Of a stretch of 64,000 bases of DNA, positions 1 through 10,067 are shown one piece after another. Below the pieces are notes generated by a model. The model was not told where the DNA came from. It did not search any database and was given only the letters and a program-made list of their open reading frames with translations. This stretch comes from a virus (taxonomy: Duplodnaviria > Heunggongvirae > Uroviricota > Caudoviricetes): the IMG/VR virus record IMGVR_UViG_3300042346_001601, one strand, 5' to 3'. The position numbers and the translations under genes are program-made. The first letter of the stretch is position 1, and each line of letters starts with the position of its first letter.

Positions 1-45
1 TGACAGGAGAACCTGAATTTTTTCACTTTTATCTGCTTTTGCCAT
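1..45 (-). CDS. 5' fragment of a gene running off the left edge (MAKADKSEKIQVLLS...)
   Basis: ATG at 45 on the minus strand, open to the window edge, 18 nt downstream of a GATATATA box (64-71). Confidence 0.5.
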   Translation of the reverse strand, partial: MAKADKSEKIQVLLS

Positions 46-63
46 GTTGTTTATTATTTGGTT

Positions 64-71
64 TATATATC
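64..71 (-). promoter_or_regulatory. GATATATA box (putative late promoter)
   Basis: exact motif, 18 nt before ATG 45. Confidence 0.65.
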
Positions 72-72
72 T

Positions 73-1539
73 TTAAGAAAATTCAATGCCAAGATGGGGT
101 TTGCCTTTGGCTTTCAAAGGTCTATAACCTTTAATCTCCTCGGTGACGACAAAGGCTTTGTGTGGATTAACCATTACCCCCATTTTTTTCATCAGGCCTC
201 TGCTGGCCAGGAATGGAGTGCTTTTTTGGACCCTATCCGTGGGAGCAACTTTTACATCCGAGATCTTTACCCCGTTGAGCATGACGTCTAGCAGAATAAT
301 AGGTCTCTTGCTTTTATCTCTACCCACTTCCGTATCGGTGTAACCAACAATGTCGCTGGTAAATTCTTTGCCCCCGATTTTCCACTTCAGCTGATTTCCT
401 ACTTCTTTCGTTTCATCTGCCTGAATCGATGAGGCACTGGAGCCATTTCCAGTGTCGAATTTGGCAACAAGCTTTCCTATCTCTGGGATCTCAATCGTCT
501 CTAAATAACCAACCTCCATCCTAGAGTAGATCCAATTCTTTTTATTGATGACATAATCGATGACGTCCCCCACAATGGGTCTTCCTATGGCCTGAGAGAT
601 GCCTTCTGTTCCAGGCGAGGAATTAACCTCCAGAATATACGGCTCTTTCGTTTTTTTATCGATCATGATGTCTACCCCGCACCAATGGCTACCGACAGAA
701 TTAGCAGCCCGACAGGCTAAATCGGCAATTTTATCATCTATATTATAGGCAGAAACTTTACCTCCTAGAGAGTAATTGGTTCTGAAATCCTTTTTTACTG
801 CTTCTCTTTTCATGGATCCAAGAATAATGCAATTGCTTGGTTTGGTGATTAAAGGGTCAAATCTTTTGAGGATGACCTGAATTCTCAAATCAAAGTTCGA
901 GTCAATTTTTTCCTGAATAAGAATTTCCTTTTCGGGATCCAATTTGGCAATCGTTTGATACACAGATTTCAGAGAGGCGTAAGAATCAACAATTGAAACC
1001 CCAATGCCCTGAGTGCCCGAGAGCAACTTCATTACTACAGGAAACTGACCACCTATTTGTTCCAAGGCAGTATCCAGATTTTCTTCCCCGTTCACCAGGG
1101 CATATCTGGGAACTGGAAGTTCATTCTCTTCCAACACCTTTGAGGTTAAGAATTTACTCTCACACACCTCGATAGATTCCAGAGAATTGACACAGAAATA
1201 ACGGGATGCTTCTAATTCTCTCATGATCTGTTTGGTCAGAGAATTGGAAATAACCCCTCGTCTAGGAATAATAGCGGTCACATCAGGATTTATGAAAATT
1301 TCTCTTTTGTCCCCTGAGGTCTCCCGGAGTAGATGTCCATTATAGATTTTTTCAAGCTGCACATTGTTGATGTTGACAACGTAACAAGGGATACCCCTTT
1401 TTTGGCATTCCTCCAGGAAGGATTTGGACGTCGGACTGGGTTTTACCGTGCCTGAGAGGATCAGGAGTTCAACTCCTTTTTCTTCTTTAGATTCGTTCAA
1501 GAAGTTGCAAAAATTTAACACGGCGGGTAGTGAATTCAT
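73..1539 (-). CDS. rimK: RimK-family ATP-grasp ligase fused to a C-terminal retropepsin-like (RimB-like) protease domain
   Basis: ATP-grasp motifs PVVMKLLSGTQGIGV, DFRTNYSLGG, GVDIM, LEVNSSPG; C-terminal AKFDTGNG aspartic-protease-type motif. Confidence 0.85.
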   Translation of the reverse strand: MNSLPAVLNFCNFLNESKEEKGVELLILSGTVKPSPTSKSFLEECQKRGIPCYVVNINNVQLEKIYNGHLLRETSGDKREIFINPDVTAIIPRRGVISNSLTKQIMRELEASRYFCVNSLESIEVCESKFLTSKVLEENELPVPRYALVNGEENLDTALEQIGGQFPVVMKLLSGTQGIGVSIVDSYASLKSVYQTIAKLDPEKEILIQEKIDSNFDLRIQVILKRFDPLITKPSNCIILGSMKREAVKKDFRTNYSLGGKVSAYNIDDKIADLACRAANSVGSHWCGVDIMIDKKTKEPYILEVNSSPGTEGISQAIGRPIVGDVIDYVINKKNWIYSRMEVGYLETIEIPEIGKLVAKFDTGNGSSASSIQADETKEVGNQLKWKIGGKEFTSDIVGYTDTEVGRDKSKRPIILLDVMLNGVKISDVKVAPTDRVQKSTPFLASRGLMKKMGVMVNPHKAFVVTEEIKGYRPLKAKGKPHLGIEFS

Positions 1540-1563
1540 CCAGAGAATTTTTTTTAGATGTTC

Positions 1564-1571
1564 TATATATC
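1564..1571 (-). promoter_or_regulatory. GATATATA box
   Basis: 24 nt before the rimK start. Confidence 0.65.
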
Positions 1572-1596
1572 TAGAACTCTGAAAAAATTAGATGGT

Positions 1597-1848
1597 TTAC
1601 TGCATCAAGAATTCGATTTCCACCGCTATTCTGATTTTGTGAAGCACTGCACATTTCTCGTACTGTTCCTCCAAAGTGAAGAAATCAACCAGCTCTTCCA
1701 ACCTCTCACATTTGAAAGAAGGGGAGAGACTTTTATCACTTATAAACAAAAAACGGTTTTCTTCTAACAGATGGTAGGTCTCGTCCATATACTGGCAATA
1801 TGCCTCGAATTCTTCATCCGCAATATCTTCAAACTGGTACTTGTTCAT
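1597..1848 (-). CDS. small hypothetical protein with UvrB/UvrC (UVR)-like motif
   Basis: C-terminal EEQYEKCAVLHKI; tight packing with neighbours. Confidence 0.55.
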   Translation of the reverse strand: MNKYQFEDIADEEFEAYCQYMDETYHLLEENRFLFISDKSLSPSFKCERLEELVDFFTLEEQYEKCAVLHKIRIAVEIEFLMQ

Positions 1849-2011
1849 GCTTTTCTAAAATTTGACGGAGGTAGGACAAAGAGGACTCAGAACCTAGAAC
1901 AGCATCAGGAGAGTACCAGTACAGTTGGAGGAATTTTGAATCATCCCCCAAATTTTCCCTGATTTTGCTCAGAGTATCAGGATCGGGTAAAATTGTGTGG
2001 TGGTAACCCAT
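1829..2011 (-). CDS. hypothetical protein
   Basis: 60-aa ORF filling the gap between the PolB C-half and the next gene on the same strand. Confidence 0.5.
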   Translation of the reverse strand: MGYHHTILPDPDTLSKIRENLGDDSKFLQLYWYSPDAVLGSESSLSYLRQILEKHEQVPV

Positions 2012-2014
2012 AAG

Positions 2015-3169
2015 TTAAAAAAGAGTGTTGATCATGAAAAGATTTGGACTGATTGGGTGAAAGCCCATTACTTCGATAAATCTGTTAATAGGATCTAGAA
2101 TTGTTTTGGTGAACTGTTCGTCGTAGTTGACTGGGGGTGCGTATTCATAGGGAAAATTACCCTGGGAATAGGCAAAGACGTTGTTCTCTGCCTCGGATCT
2201 AACCGGCACGAAATAAAATCTGACTTTATCTCCAGATCTCAGAAGAGGATATTTCTCTTTGTACTTGGAGTTGTTTAGCAGAAAATTATGGAAAGCGGAG
2301 GCTCTAACGTGAATCGGACAGGACTTGCTCACCTCGAGTTTTGTCGTGTCATTCAGGATGAATTTTTCGTAGTTGTTAACCGATATTGCGAGAGAGATCT
2401 GCTCGGCTTCTTGGGCCTTGAAATCTTTTTTAATGCTCTTTAACTCCTGAACAAATTCTCTAAGGTTGAAGTTTTTACCCACAGACAGAATATACTTCGT
2501 CAAATAAAGAAGTTTTTCTCTGACAAAAGTGGGGGTTCCTCCCTTGATCATTTCTACCCCTGTTGTTTTAATAAAAGTCAGAGGATCCGAGTGTATCCCG
2601 TCGGCATAGACTTGATTGGTGACATATTTTTTCTTACCCAAGAAAATAGCATTCTTTGAGATTGTTTCAAGTTCAAAGTCCTGGTAGTTTTCAGTGTTCC
2701 ATTTCTTAGAGTAAAGATCAAAACATTTTTTGATGTAGTTTTTCAGCCTTAAATCGTTAATGGCAAGAATAAGTTCTTTGGGATCACCCTGCCAATCACA
2801 GGAAGCAACGACTTCCTCAAAGGTAACATAGTTGGAATCAGTATCAGAGTAAATGACAAGGGGTTTGGCCACTCTTTTAACCTCAGTTAGACCTAATTTT
2901 TCGTGCAGTTCTACGTCCTCGTGCCAAAAATCGTGGAAGTACCGGTTGACTATCTTCTCCGAATATTTAATCATATCCTGACCCTGAAGGGTAACGGCTT
3001 CTGCTACCTCGTGGTTGAAACACACAAAATAACTGTTCCCAATCGAACCATAGATAGAATTCATGGTCAATTTGATCGCCTGTTCTTCATTCTTATATTC
3101 GTTTTTCAGAGCGGTCAGTTCTTCTTTTTTCTGAAGCAGTTCTGATTGGGACAAATTTTCGTACGACAT
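2015..3169 (-). CDS. gp43B: DNA polymerase family B, C-terminal half (split gp43-like)
   Basis: motif B KLTMNSIYG, motif C YSDTDS, KKKY and GVEM motifs; lacks exonuclease and motif A. Confidence 0.93.
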   Translation of the reverse strand: MSYENLSQSELLQKKEELTALKNEYKNEEQAIKLTMNSIYGSIGNSYFVCFNHEVAEAVTLQGQDMIKYSEKIVNRYFHDFWHEDVELHEKLGLTEVKRVAKPLVIYSDTDSNYVTFEEVVASCDWQGDPKELILAINDLRLKNYIKKCFDLYSKKWNTENYQDFELETISKNAIFLGKKKYVTNQVYADGIHSDPLTFIKTTGVEMIKGGTPTFVREKLLYLTKYILSVGKNFNLREFVQELKSIKKDFKAQEAEQISLAISVNNYEKFILNDTTKLEVSKSCPIHVRASAFHNFLLNNSKYKEKYPLLRSGDKVRFYFVPVRSEAENNVFAYSQGNFPYEYAPPVNYDEQFTKTILDPINRFIEVMGFHPISPNLFMINTLF

Positions 3170-3220
3170 TTTTTGATTGTGTTTATTTTATGCTAGAAGG
3201 CTGGTTTGTTTCCATTCCTA

Positions 3221-3228
3221 GATATATA
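3221..3228 (+). promoter_or_regulatory. GATATATA box
   Basis: 4 nt before ATG 3233. Confidence 0.65.
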
Positions 3229-3232
3229 ATTG

Positions 3233-4048
3233 ATGCAAAAGGAGAACCCCATTCAAAGTTTTAAAATTTTCGAGGCAAAAAAAGGAGATCGGGCAGCTGG
3301 CACAAGATTGTCCAGAAAGCAAACAGAAATCTTAAATAAACACGTTGTTGGCACCTGGGAAATGAACAGGAAAACTGACAGGGTGGACATCACAGGCAAT
3401 TTTTATCTTTCTGAACCTTTTAATCAGACCCGGGAAATTGATATTTTCAAGGGGATCGGATTTGGCAAGGTGACCGGGGTTTTTTATTGCACTAGAAATT
3501 TTTTTCAAGATCTAGAGGGATTTCCACAAGAAGTTCAAGGAAGTTTCAACTGTAGCGATAACTCTTTGACCTCCTTGCAGGGAGGACCTACTAAAATAGG
3601 GAAGAATTTCTCTTGCAACAACAACAATCTTAAAGATCTAGTTGGGGGTCCTGTTGAAGTTGGTGGGCAGTACTTGGCCTTTGGTAATCCCTTAACCAGT
3701 TTGGTAGGAGCTCCAGTTAAATTGAAGAAAGGTTTTTACTCCGATTTGGTCGATTTTAATGAAGGTAAATGGAATTATCTAGGTTGGATACAAGCCTTAG
3801 AAGAAGCTAAATCCAAAAATTTTACCCGTATTGAAGCTCTGATTTCAACCCTTCCTTTTTTAGATGTAAATTTCTTGAAGAATTATATTGTCGATAATCC
3901 AGATCGCATGGTGGATCTAGCTATGTTTTGGGAATATCCAGAAGTTGCCAATTTCAGACGGGAGCTAGAAAAAGTTCTAGATCTCAATACGAAGAAAAAA
4001 GTGAAAATTCTGAGCAATATGAGGGGATATTTCTCTACTTTTCGATAA
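3233..4048 (+). CDS. leucine-rich-repeat (LTSLxGxP-type) protein, divergent paralog of the 12.9-15.8 kb array
   Basis: repeats CSDNSLTSLQGGP, CNNNNLKDLVGGP, GNPLTSLVGAP; N-terminus IQSFKIFEA; ATG 4 nt after GATATATA. Confidence 0.8.
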   Translation: MQKENPIQSFKIFEAKKGDRAAGTRLSRKQTEILNKHVVGTWEMNRKTDRVDITGNFYLSEPFNQTREIDIFKGIGFGKVTGVFYCTRNFFQDLEGFPQEVQGSFNCSDNSLTSLQGGPTKIGKNFSCNNNNLKDLVGGPVEVGGQYLAFGNPLTSLVGAPVKLKKGFYSDLVDFNEGKWNYLGWIQALEEAKSKNFTRIEALISTLPFLDVNFLKNYIVDNPDRMVDLAMFWEYPEVANFRRELEKVLDLNTKKKVKILSNMRGYFSTFR

Positions 4049-4796
4049 TGCCGATAGCGGTGGAAGTAGGGGTTTGATCAGAGGCAAAGACTATTCTGTT
4101 CTCATGGAAGAAGCAAATGCATGATTCAGGATCTACATAGTTCAAATGTGATTTGTAAATCGAAGCATCTAAGGGCTTGGCACAATCTATGTCAGAGCTT
4201 CCAATAGTCAATTTATAGTCAAAAGATTCTCCGATAACTCTGACGTAGTCCGAGTGAAGTGAGAAGTTTAGCAGCTCTTCGGAGTTGGACTCCATTCCAC
4301 AGAGGGAAGAAACAGAAGAGAAATCAGAAACAAAAAATTTGAAACTGGCCAAGGCATCTTCTTGACTTTGAACCAGATCAGAAATGGAATCCTCCACATA
4401 AGAAAGCAAAGATAGATCAGCACATTTGATCCTTATTTTCAGAGAGGGGGAGATCAATTTTAATTCCGTTGCGACACACTCATCATCAATAGTGGCAATT
4501 TCCAGGTGTAAAAAAACTTCCTCCTCCGACCTAAAATAGCGGAAGCTATCCATCAGTCTGGTAATATCCAGCAGACCTATTTTAATTCTGTCACACTTAA
4601 GGGCTGAAAATTCAGTTAAGGAATCAAAAATAAGATTAGTGGGAATTCTGGAGAATTTCATGACAGATTTATCGGGGGTGTGAACTTTACAAAAAAGATC
4701 CGTTTCTGTTAATTCTAGCAAGACGCTTCGGTCGACGACTTTTAGCTTCTTGAGAAAAAGGATGAAATTACTCGTGCTGGTTACTCTAATTTTCAT
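4035..4796 (-). CDS. putative DNA sliding clamp (gp45/PCNA-like fold)
   Basis: size about 250 aa, beta-rich two-domain pattern, position in replication cluster; ATG at 4796 (MKIRV) preferred over ORF-track start. Confidence 0.4.
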   Translation of the reverse strand: MKIRVTSTSNFILFLKKLKVVDRSVLLELTETDLFCKVHTPDKSVMKFSRIPTNLIFDSLTEFSALKCDRIKIGLLDITRLMDSFRYFRSEEEVFLHLEIATIDDECVATELKLISPSLKIRIKCADLSLLSYVEDSISDLVQSQEDALASFKFFVSDFSSVSSLCGMESNSEELLNFSLHSDYVRVIGESFDYKLTIGSSDIDCAKPLDASIYKSHLNYVDPESCICFFHENRIVFASDQTPTSTAIGIIEK

Positions 4797-4822
4797 GGAT
4801 TTAGATTTTTTTATTATAGGGT

Positions 4823-5491
4823 TTAGATGGAGGATTCTTTCGATGCATCGCAAAGAGAATCTGATTTTTTTTCTGAGAAATTTGTGAAGTAATGGTAGTC
4901 TGTTTCATATTTACCATTCCCTTCGATAGAATAGACCCTCATGTCGATCTTGTAGCCGGGATTTTTATCAATCCGGTTAAAAGTCCAGGCATTATCCATC
5001 CAGATGATTCTGTTGTTGGGGTAGATAAAGAAATTACCATTGTCCATTTTAAAAACGTGTCCGCACTTGTGTTCGGGGGTTTCTGAGAAATTGGTGTCTA
5101 GAACACTTCTGTTTTCGTGGGACCAGTCCAAGGTAAATAGATAGACACCCTGCCTTTTGAGCCCCGTGATCGAAATCAGATCGGCCCTGAGACCCGACAG
5201 CCTTTCTCTTACCTGGACGTCAATGTAAGAACTGAAACAGTCCCAGTACATGTGTTCACTGAGGGGAAGAACTTCGGCCTGACGGTGCCAACAAAAGGCA
5301 TGAATGGGCCGGCGGGTCCAGTTAACCCCATTTTCTAGAAATGCCTCGAAGAGAGGAACTCTTTTCTGAATAGATGCCACCGAATGAACATCGGCTAGGG
5401 TTAGATCCCCGTGTCCTTTTTCGTGATTGAATAAGAATTCATTTCTGATAAAACAGGTGAGGGTTGGAATGTTGTGATTTAGGTAAGACAT
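4823..5491 (-). CDS. conserved phage hypothetical protein
   Basis: 222-aa ORF in tight operon; resembles a widespread phage family (YLNHNIP...WDCFS) recognised from memory only. Confidence 0.65.
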   Translation of the reverse strand: MSYLNHNIPTLTCFIRNEFLFNHEKGHGDLTLADVHSVASIQKRVPLFEAFLENGVNWTRRPIHAFCWHRQAEVLPLSEHMYWDCFSSYIDVQVRERLSGLRADLISITGLKRQGVYLFTLDWSHENRSVLDTNFSETPEHKCGHVFKMDNGNFFIYPNNRIIWMDNAWTFNRIDKNPGYKIDMRVYSIEGNGKYETDYHYFTNFSEKKSDSLCDASKESSI

Positions 5492-5498
5492 AGGTGTT

Positions 5499-6863
5499 TT
5501 ATTCTTGTTCCTCGTCGCTAGGGGTAAAAATTTCTATCTCTGCATCTGATAATTTAAAAGCAGTCTGGGTTGGACCTGCCAGTAACACCGCCGCTCCTTT
5601 TTTCTGGGTCGCTTTAATCTGGGCAACTGCTTTTTGTTGCTGTTGGATTGCCTTTTTGGTGGATTGAAGGCGAGACTTGATCTCTTTGATTTCTTGCTCT
5701 GTCTCTTGGATGTGATTCGAGGAGAGTTTAATCAATTGGATAGAGGAAAGTCTTCCTGCAATTTCTTTAGAAAACTGGGTTAGAAACTGGGAAATCTCAT
5801 CGTTCTTTCTTCTAGTTTGACTCATGTAGATTAGGAATTTGAGTTTGGCCTCTAAATAGGCCAACTCATGGGTTAGATCCTTTTCATCTTTCATGAATCT
5901 TTTAAGTTTTAGGTCCTCCAGATGCACCGCAAATTCCCCCAGGTATTCTTTAATTGAAGAATATTGGCGTACTGCTCCGTCTTTGATAAAAACAACATCT
6001 TCTTTAACAATAATCTGGGTCATCTTTTTAACTGCGTCCGTCATGACAGAAAATTCTGGTGCCGAAAGTTTCGAGAAGGTGAGAGTCAGATCACATTTAC
6101 TTTGCGAATTGTTACCCAACCTGTATTCCTTGCCCATTTTTTCCAGTTTAGTCAATAATTTATCCATGAAAGAATCATATCTCATAACTGGAGGAAGATC
6201 AAAGATTCGGATCGATTTTTTTTCGGGTTGAACCTCAAATCCGCTTTCGAGCAGCCACACGTTATCCTGATCTTCGTATTTGAAAATTTTGCCTCCAAAA
6301 TCTTTGAAATGTGGTTTAAGAATCTTGTTCTTGCCTTCTAAAAATTCTTGAATGTCTTCTAGTTTTCTCGGTAGAATGTTGCTTCTGTATCCGACGGCAA
6401 TCCCCACAATGTGGGTTAAAAGTCCAATAGGGGTTTCAATGTGCAACCAATCAAAACCCCCTTCCTCGTTCTTTTCATTCAGATCGTAGTGTTTAAAGAT
6501 GATTTCTTTGATGCCCCGATTGACCCTGACTGAGGTGTACCTAGGAGCAGAGGGATTGGGATTGACAGGAGAACCAAAAAAACCATCCCCTTCCAACAGG
6601 GACCCTGAGCACCCAAAGGGTCTGGCTAATTTAGAGATCGCTCCGGCGATTGAAGAATCTCCGTGGTGATATCTGCCAGTTCGAATAACCTCCCCTACCA
6701 AGCCGATGGTTTTTTGAAAAATAGCTGGGCTGTTTTCTAGTACGATCCTCTGGACCGGGGTCAATGAATCATAAAAATTAGGTATACCTCTGGATTGCAG
6801 GACGTACAGGGCATATTCACGATACTGGGTTTCGATCTGCTCTGTGATACTAAGTACTTTCAA
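5499..6863 (-). CDS. gp52: type II DNA topoisomerase, GyrA/gp52-like subunit
   Basis: YALYVLQSRGIP...DSLTPVQR, YHHGDSSI, catalytic-Tyr motif SAPRYT. Confidence 0.92.
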   Translation of the reverse strand: MKVLSITEQIETQYREYALYVLQSRGIPNFYDSLTPVQRIVLENSPAIFQKTIGLVGEVIRTGRYHHGDSSIAGAISKLARPFGCSGSLLEGDGFFGSPVNPNPSAPRYTSVRVNRGIKEIIFKHYDLNEKNEEGGFDWLHIETPIGLLTHIVGIAVGYRSNILPRKLEDIQEFLEGKNKILKPHFKDFGGKIFKYEDQDNVWLLESGFEVQPEKKSIRIFDLPPVMRYDSFMDKLLTKLEKMGKEYRLGNNSQSKCDLTLTFSKLSAPEFSVMTDAVKKMTQIIVKEDVVFIKDGAVRQYSSIKEYLGEFAVHLEDLKLKRFMKDEKDLTHELAYLEAKLKFLIYMSQTRRKNDEISQFLTQFSKEIAGRLSSIQLIKLSSNHIQETEQEIKEIKSRLQSTKKAIQQQQKAVAQIKATQKKGAAVLLAGPTQTAFKLSDAEIEIFTPSDEEQE

Positions 6864-6920
6864 GATTTTAATTTTTCAGATTGTAGCAGCCCTGCAGATA
6901 AGAAGTTTCCCCTTGAGCCG

Positions 6921-7991
6921 TTAATTAATTGAATCTAGATCTAAAAGAACCAATTCGATCTGATCTTGGCCGGCATCTTTCAATTTCTTGATGATCTCTT
7001 TCATGTCTTTTTTGTACTGGGTGGCAAGACAGCCACTGCTAATGTTATCGACGGTATCTATATCAGCTCCTTGATGAATGTTGATTCCAAATTCACCTTT
7101 TTCTTCATTGCCCGGTGAAAAAGTTTTAAATGTTGCCTGACTTTCAGAATCGACTGGCGTGTATCTATGAACCGTGACTGGTTCTGCCTGGATTAATGCA
7201 TCCTCTTTCCCTTTGTGCTTACCCAATTTATAGGTATAAACACCCGGTTGAATGATGGCTAGCCCCTTGGGGTTAATGCCGGAAGCATTGCCCCTACTAG
7301 CCATTAAATTCCGATAACTTTTTACCATAAAGGCTGGCCCAGGTGTGGTGGTGGCTGGATAAAATTGGACTGTTTTATTGGAGTCGGGACCTAGTAAGAA
7401 AAGTGCATCGGTGAAACGATTGGGCATTTTTTTCTTCACCACCAGGTTGTTTCTCAGAGCAACAAGAGTGTATTTATCGGACGGGTACTTGATTCCTTCT
7501 TTTTTCAATAGTTGGCTGAGATCACTCCAATCCATTTCTTTGGCCTCACTAAATTCGTAAGATCCTCCGTCTGGTAACTTACCGAAATCTATATCTCCAC
7601 TTTTTCCCATTCCCATTCTATCGAGCATATCTTGCAATTCTTTTTCCTTTGAGATATTGCCGGAAGGTGCATTTCTTGATCCAGTTCCTTCATCAGATAA
7701 ATATTTGCTGTCTAGGAGACCTTTCTCGGACATCTGCTTTCGATAATCTTCATCCGTTTTTTCTAAAAATCTCTTGCCCATACTGGTAGACCAAAACATA
7801 TTCTGTAAATCTTTACCTGACTTGATAATTGGTTCTTTTAGACCACCGCTTTCTCCCCCTGTTTTGGGAATCAGTGGGGCAACTTCCCCAATGGCATCTT
7901 TTAAAATATCCTGAATTTTTTCATTCTCTGTTATTCTGTCCGTTGACAGACCGAGAAAATCTTGAAAATTCAGAACTTTAGATGATTTCAT
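6921..7991 (-). CDS. protein with C-terminal L,D-transpeptidase (YkuD)-like catalytic domain
   Basis: GINIH...SSGC His/Cys motif; PATTTPG and QPGVY conserved segments; N-terminal VLNFQDFL motif. Confidence 0.55.
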   Translation of the reverse strand: MKSSKVLNFQDFLGLSTDRITENEKIQDILKDAIGEVAPLIPKTGGESGGLKEPIIKSGKDLQNMFWSTSMGKRFLEKTDEDYRKQMSEKGLLDSKYLSDEGTGSRNAPSGNISKEKELQDMLDRMGMGKSGDIDFGKLPDGGSYEFSEAKEMDWSDLSQLLKKEGIKYPSDKYTLVALRNNLVVKKKMPNRFTDALFLLGPDSNKTVQFYPATTTPGPAFMVKSYRNLMASRGNASGINPKGLAIIQPGVYTYKLGKHKGKEDALIQAEPVTVHRYTPVDSESQATFKTFSPGNEEKGEFGINIHQGADIDTVDNISSGCLATQYKKDMKEIIKKLKDAGQDQIELVLLDLDSIN

Positions 7992-8007
7992 GAGGGATTT
8001 TTTTCTT

Positions 8008-8015
8008 TATATATC
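8008..8015 (-). promoter_or_regulatory. GATATATA box
   Basis: 16 nt before ATG 7991. Confidence 0.65.
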
Positions 8016-8017
8016 CC

Positions 8018-8380
8018 TTATAGTTCTTTTTTCATTCCCATTTTGGCAAAAGTTATCAGGAGGGTGTTGAAGATGACACTCACTCCGCTGATCCAAACGC
8101 CCGAGGTGAAAATAAGGAGCAAAAATTCTATAAAATGCCTGATTTTGCCTGCCGTTTCCCCTTGAAATTGAAAAAAATCGGACCAAGGGTTCTCAATGAT
8201 TCCGGCAAAATTAAAAAGACCCAGAAGTACACCTACCCAAAACCCAGAGCATTGCATACAGGTGAGGAGTTTACCCAACTTAGGGTGCATCACGAGAAGG
8301 TAATTTCTGATATCATCAAAAATAGACCCATTGACTAAAAGATTGGTGATTCCCCAGCCTATAAAAGAATAAATAAACAT
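8018..8380 (-). CDS. DUF1360-like membrane protein
   Basis: LLTCMQCSGFWVG motif with hydrophobic helices; ATG at 8380 follows the dnaJ stop. Confidence 0.6.
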   Translation of the reverse strand: MFIYSFIGWGITNLLVNGSIFDDIRNYLLVMHPKLGKLLTCMQCSGFWVGVLLGLFNFAGIIENPWSDFFQFQGETAGKIRHFIEFLLLIFTSGVWISGVSVIFNTLLITFAKMGMKKEL

Positions 8381-8381
8381 C

Positions 8382-9425
8382 TTAAAATATTTTTTGATAT
8401 GTAGCCAGAAATTCCCGCTGAGTTTCATCCAGCTCCTTGGGAATTAGCAGTTTAATTCTCACCAGAAGATCTCCTCTAAAATCAGTGTTAAATTCAGGAA
8501 CACCTTTCCCCGCCAGTCTCAATATTTTACCAGGATCCGTGCCCGGGGGAATAGAAATTTTATATTCACGATCAGGATTTTCCAGACTCGGGATTTTGAC
8601 TTCAGTCCCAAGGCAAGCCTGAACAAAGTTGATCTCGCAGTCGCAGATTAAATTAATGCCATCTCTTTTGTAAAATGGATGGTCCATATCTTCTACAACG
8701 ACGATCAGATCCCCAGGATCGCAAGGTACTTTATCAAAATCACCTTTGCCATCCAGTTTAAAAGAAATCCCAGAGACGGATCCAGCGGGAATTTTTATTT
8801 CAACCTGATCTGTTTTTCTGATGGTGCCAGATCCTGTACAATAGATACAAAGCTCTTCCGCTATCTCACCGATCCCCGAACAGGTATAGCAGGTTTCATC
8901 GATCGACATTTGACCAAATCCAGTATTGACGACCTTTTTAATGAAACCCAAACTCATGCAAGCAGGGCAGATTCTAATTTTACCGTCTTTAGCTCCAGTT
9001 CCTTGACAGGGATTGCAGGGCAATCTTCTAAAGATGTTAACGATCTTCTTAGAACCCTTGATGCTCTCCTCTAGAGTCACCTGGAGTTTTGCGGTGATAT
9101 TTTTGCCCCTTCTTATACCTCCATTATAGGTAGTATTATTATTAAAATTGTTAAAAAGATCTCCAAATCCCCATTGGAATGGTCCTCTTCCTCCCTGGAA
9201 AGGATGATTTCCAAATGGGGACGCAGGCCGATCATATTGAGACTTTTTTTGGGGATTGCTTAGAACCTCATAGGCTTCAGAAACTTCTTTGAATTTTTCG
9301 GCGGCAGCAGGATCCTGATTGTTTTTATCTGGATGGTATTGAAGAGCTAGCTTTCGGTAATTCTTTTTGATTTCCTCCGGAGTAGATTCTTTGGTCACCC
9401 CAAGAATTTGATAATAATTCTTCAT
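8382..9425 (-). CDS. dnaJ: DnaJ chaperone (J-domain, Zn-finger, C-terminal domain)
   Basis: NYYQILGV...YHPDKN J-domain; CxxCxGxG repeats; PGDL and GDLLV C-terminal motifs. Confidence 0.95.
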   Translation of the reverse strand: MKNYYQILGVTKESTPEEIKKNYRKLALQYHPDKNNQDPAAAEKFKEVSEAYEVLSNPQKKSQYDRPASPFGNHPFQGGRGPFQWGFGDLFNNFNNNTTYNGGIRRGKNITAKLQVTLEESIKGSKKIVNIFRRLPCNPCQGTGAKDGKIRICPACMSLGFIKKVVNTGFGQMSIDETCYTCSGIGEIAEELCIYCTGSGTIRKTDQVEIKIPAGSVSGISFKLDGKGDFDKVPCDPGDLIVVVEDMDHPFYKRDGINLICDCEINFVQACLGTEVKIPSLENPDREYKISIPPGTDPGKILRLAGKGVPEFNTDFRGDLLVRIKLLIPKELDETQREFLATYQKIF

Positions 9426-9430
9426 ACAGT

Positions 9431-9775
9431 TTAAAGACCCTGTAAAAAATCCCTTAATTTTTTGGCCTGTGTTTTATCTATGAGAGGCATCCCCTTCCAT
9501 TTCTGAATGACCTGCGTTTTTAATTTTTGAATCTCGGCGCAAATTTCATATTTTTCTTCCTCCTCCCAATATTTCAGAGTTCTGCTGACAAAGTCTTCGA
9601 TTTTATTCTCGGACTCGAAAATTGATAAGAATTCATTGTGTTGCTCTCTCAGAGCCTGAAGAAAAATATCGTGGACTGCCCGATCGATATTTTTCTTCAG
9701 CACGGCGTGTTGTGGATGATCTTCAAAGGAAGATCCCCAACCGGACAAATCGAAGTTTCTAGTAAAACTGCTCAC
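9431..9775 (-). CDS. hypothetical protein with UVR-like motif
   Basis: [15 protein letters not shown]; operon context. Confidence 0.55.
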   Translation of the reverse strand: MSSFTRNFDLSGWGSSFEDHPQHAVLKKNIDRAVHDIFLQALREQHNEFLSIFESENKIEDFVSRTLKYWEEEEKYEICAEIQKLKTQVIQKWKGMPLIDKTQAKKLRDFLQGL

Positions 9776-10032
9776 TGGGCCAGGGTATTTTGAAGGGTTT
9801 TGTTAACTTGAAAAAAGAGGTGATCTACTCCTAGATCTCGGGCTTCGAATCCAGTTGCAGCCAAAACTTCGGCCAGCTTCTCTTCCCCGAAATTCTCAGC
9901 TAGGACCTGTCTTCTGACTTCGGCCTGAATTTCTAAATCTGGAGTGTACTTGACACGGGGAACTTCAAGTTGGAGAATTTCTTGCTCAAATTCCTGGAAT
10001 TTTTGGAGGTCTATTGGTTCTATTTTTTTCAT
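9772..10032 (-). CDS. hypothetical protein
   Basis: 86-aa ORF with 4-nt overlap to the downstream gene. Confidence 0.6.
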   Translation of the reverse strand: MKKIEPIDLQKFQEFEQEILQLEVPRVKYTPDLEIQAEVRRQVLAENFGEEKLAEVLAATGFEARDLGVDHLFFQVNKTLQNTLAQ

Positions 10033-10067
10033 AAGTGCATTTTATATGACAGGTTGACTAAAAAATT

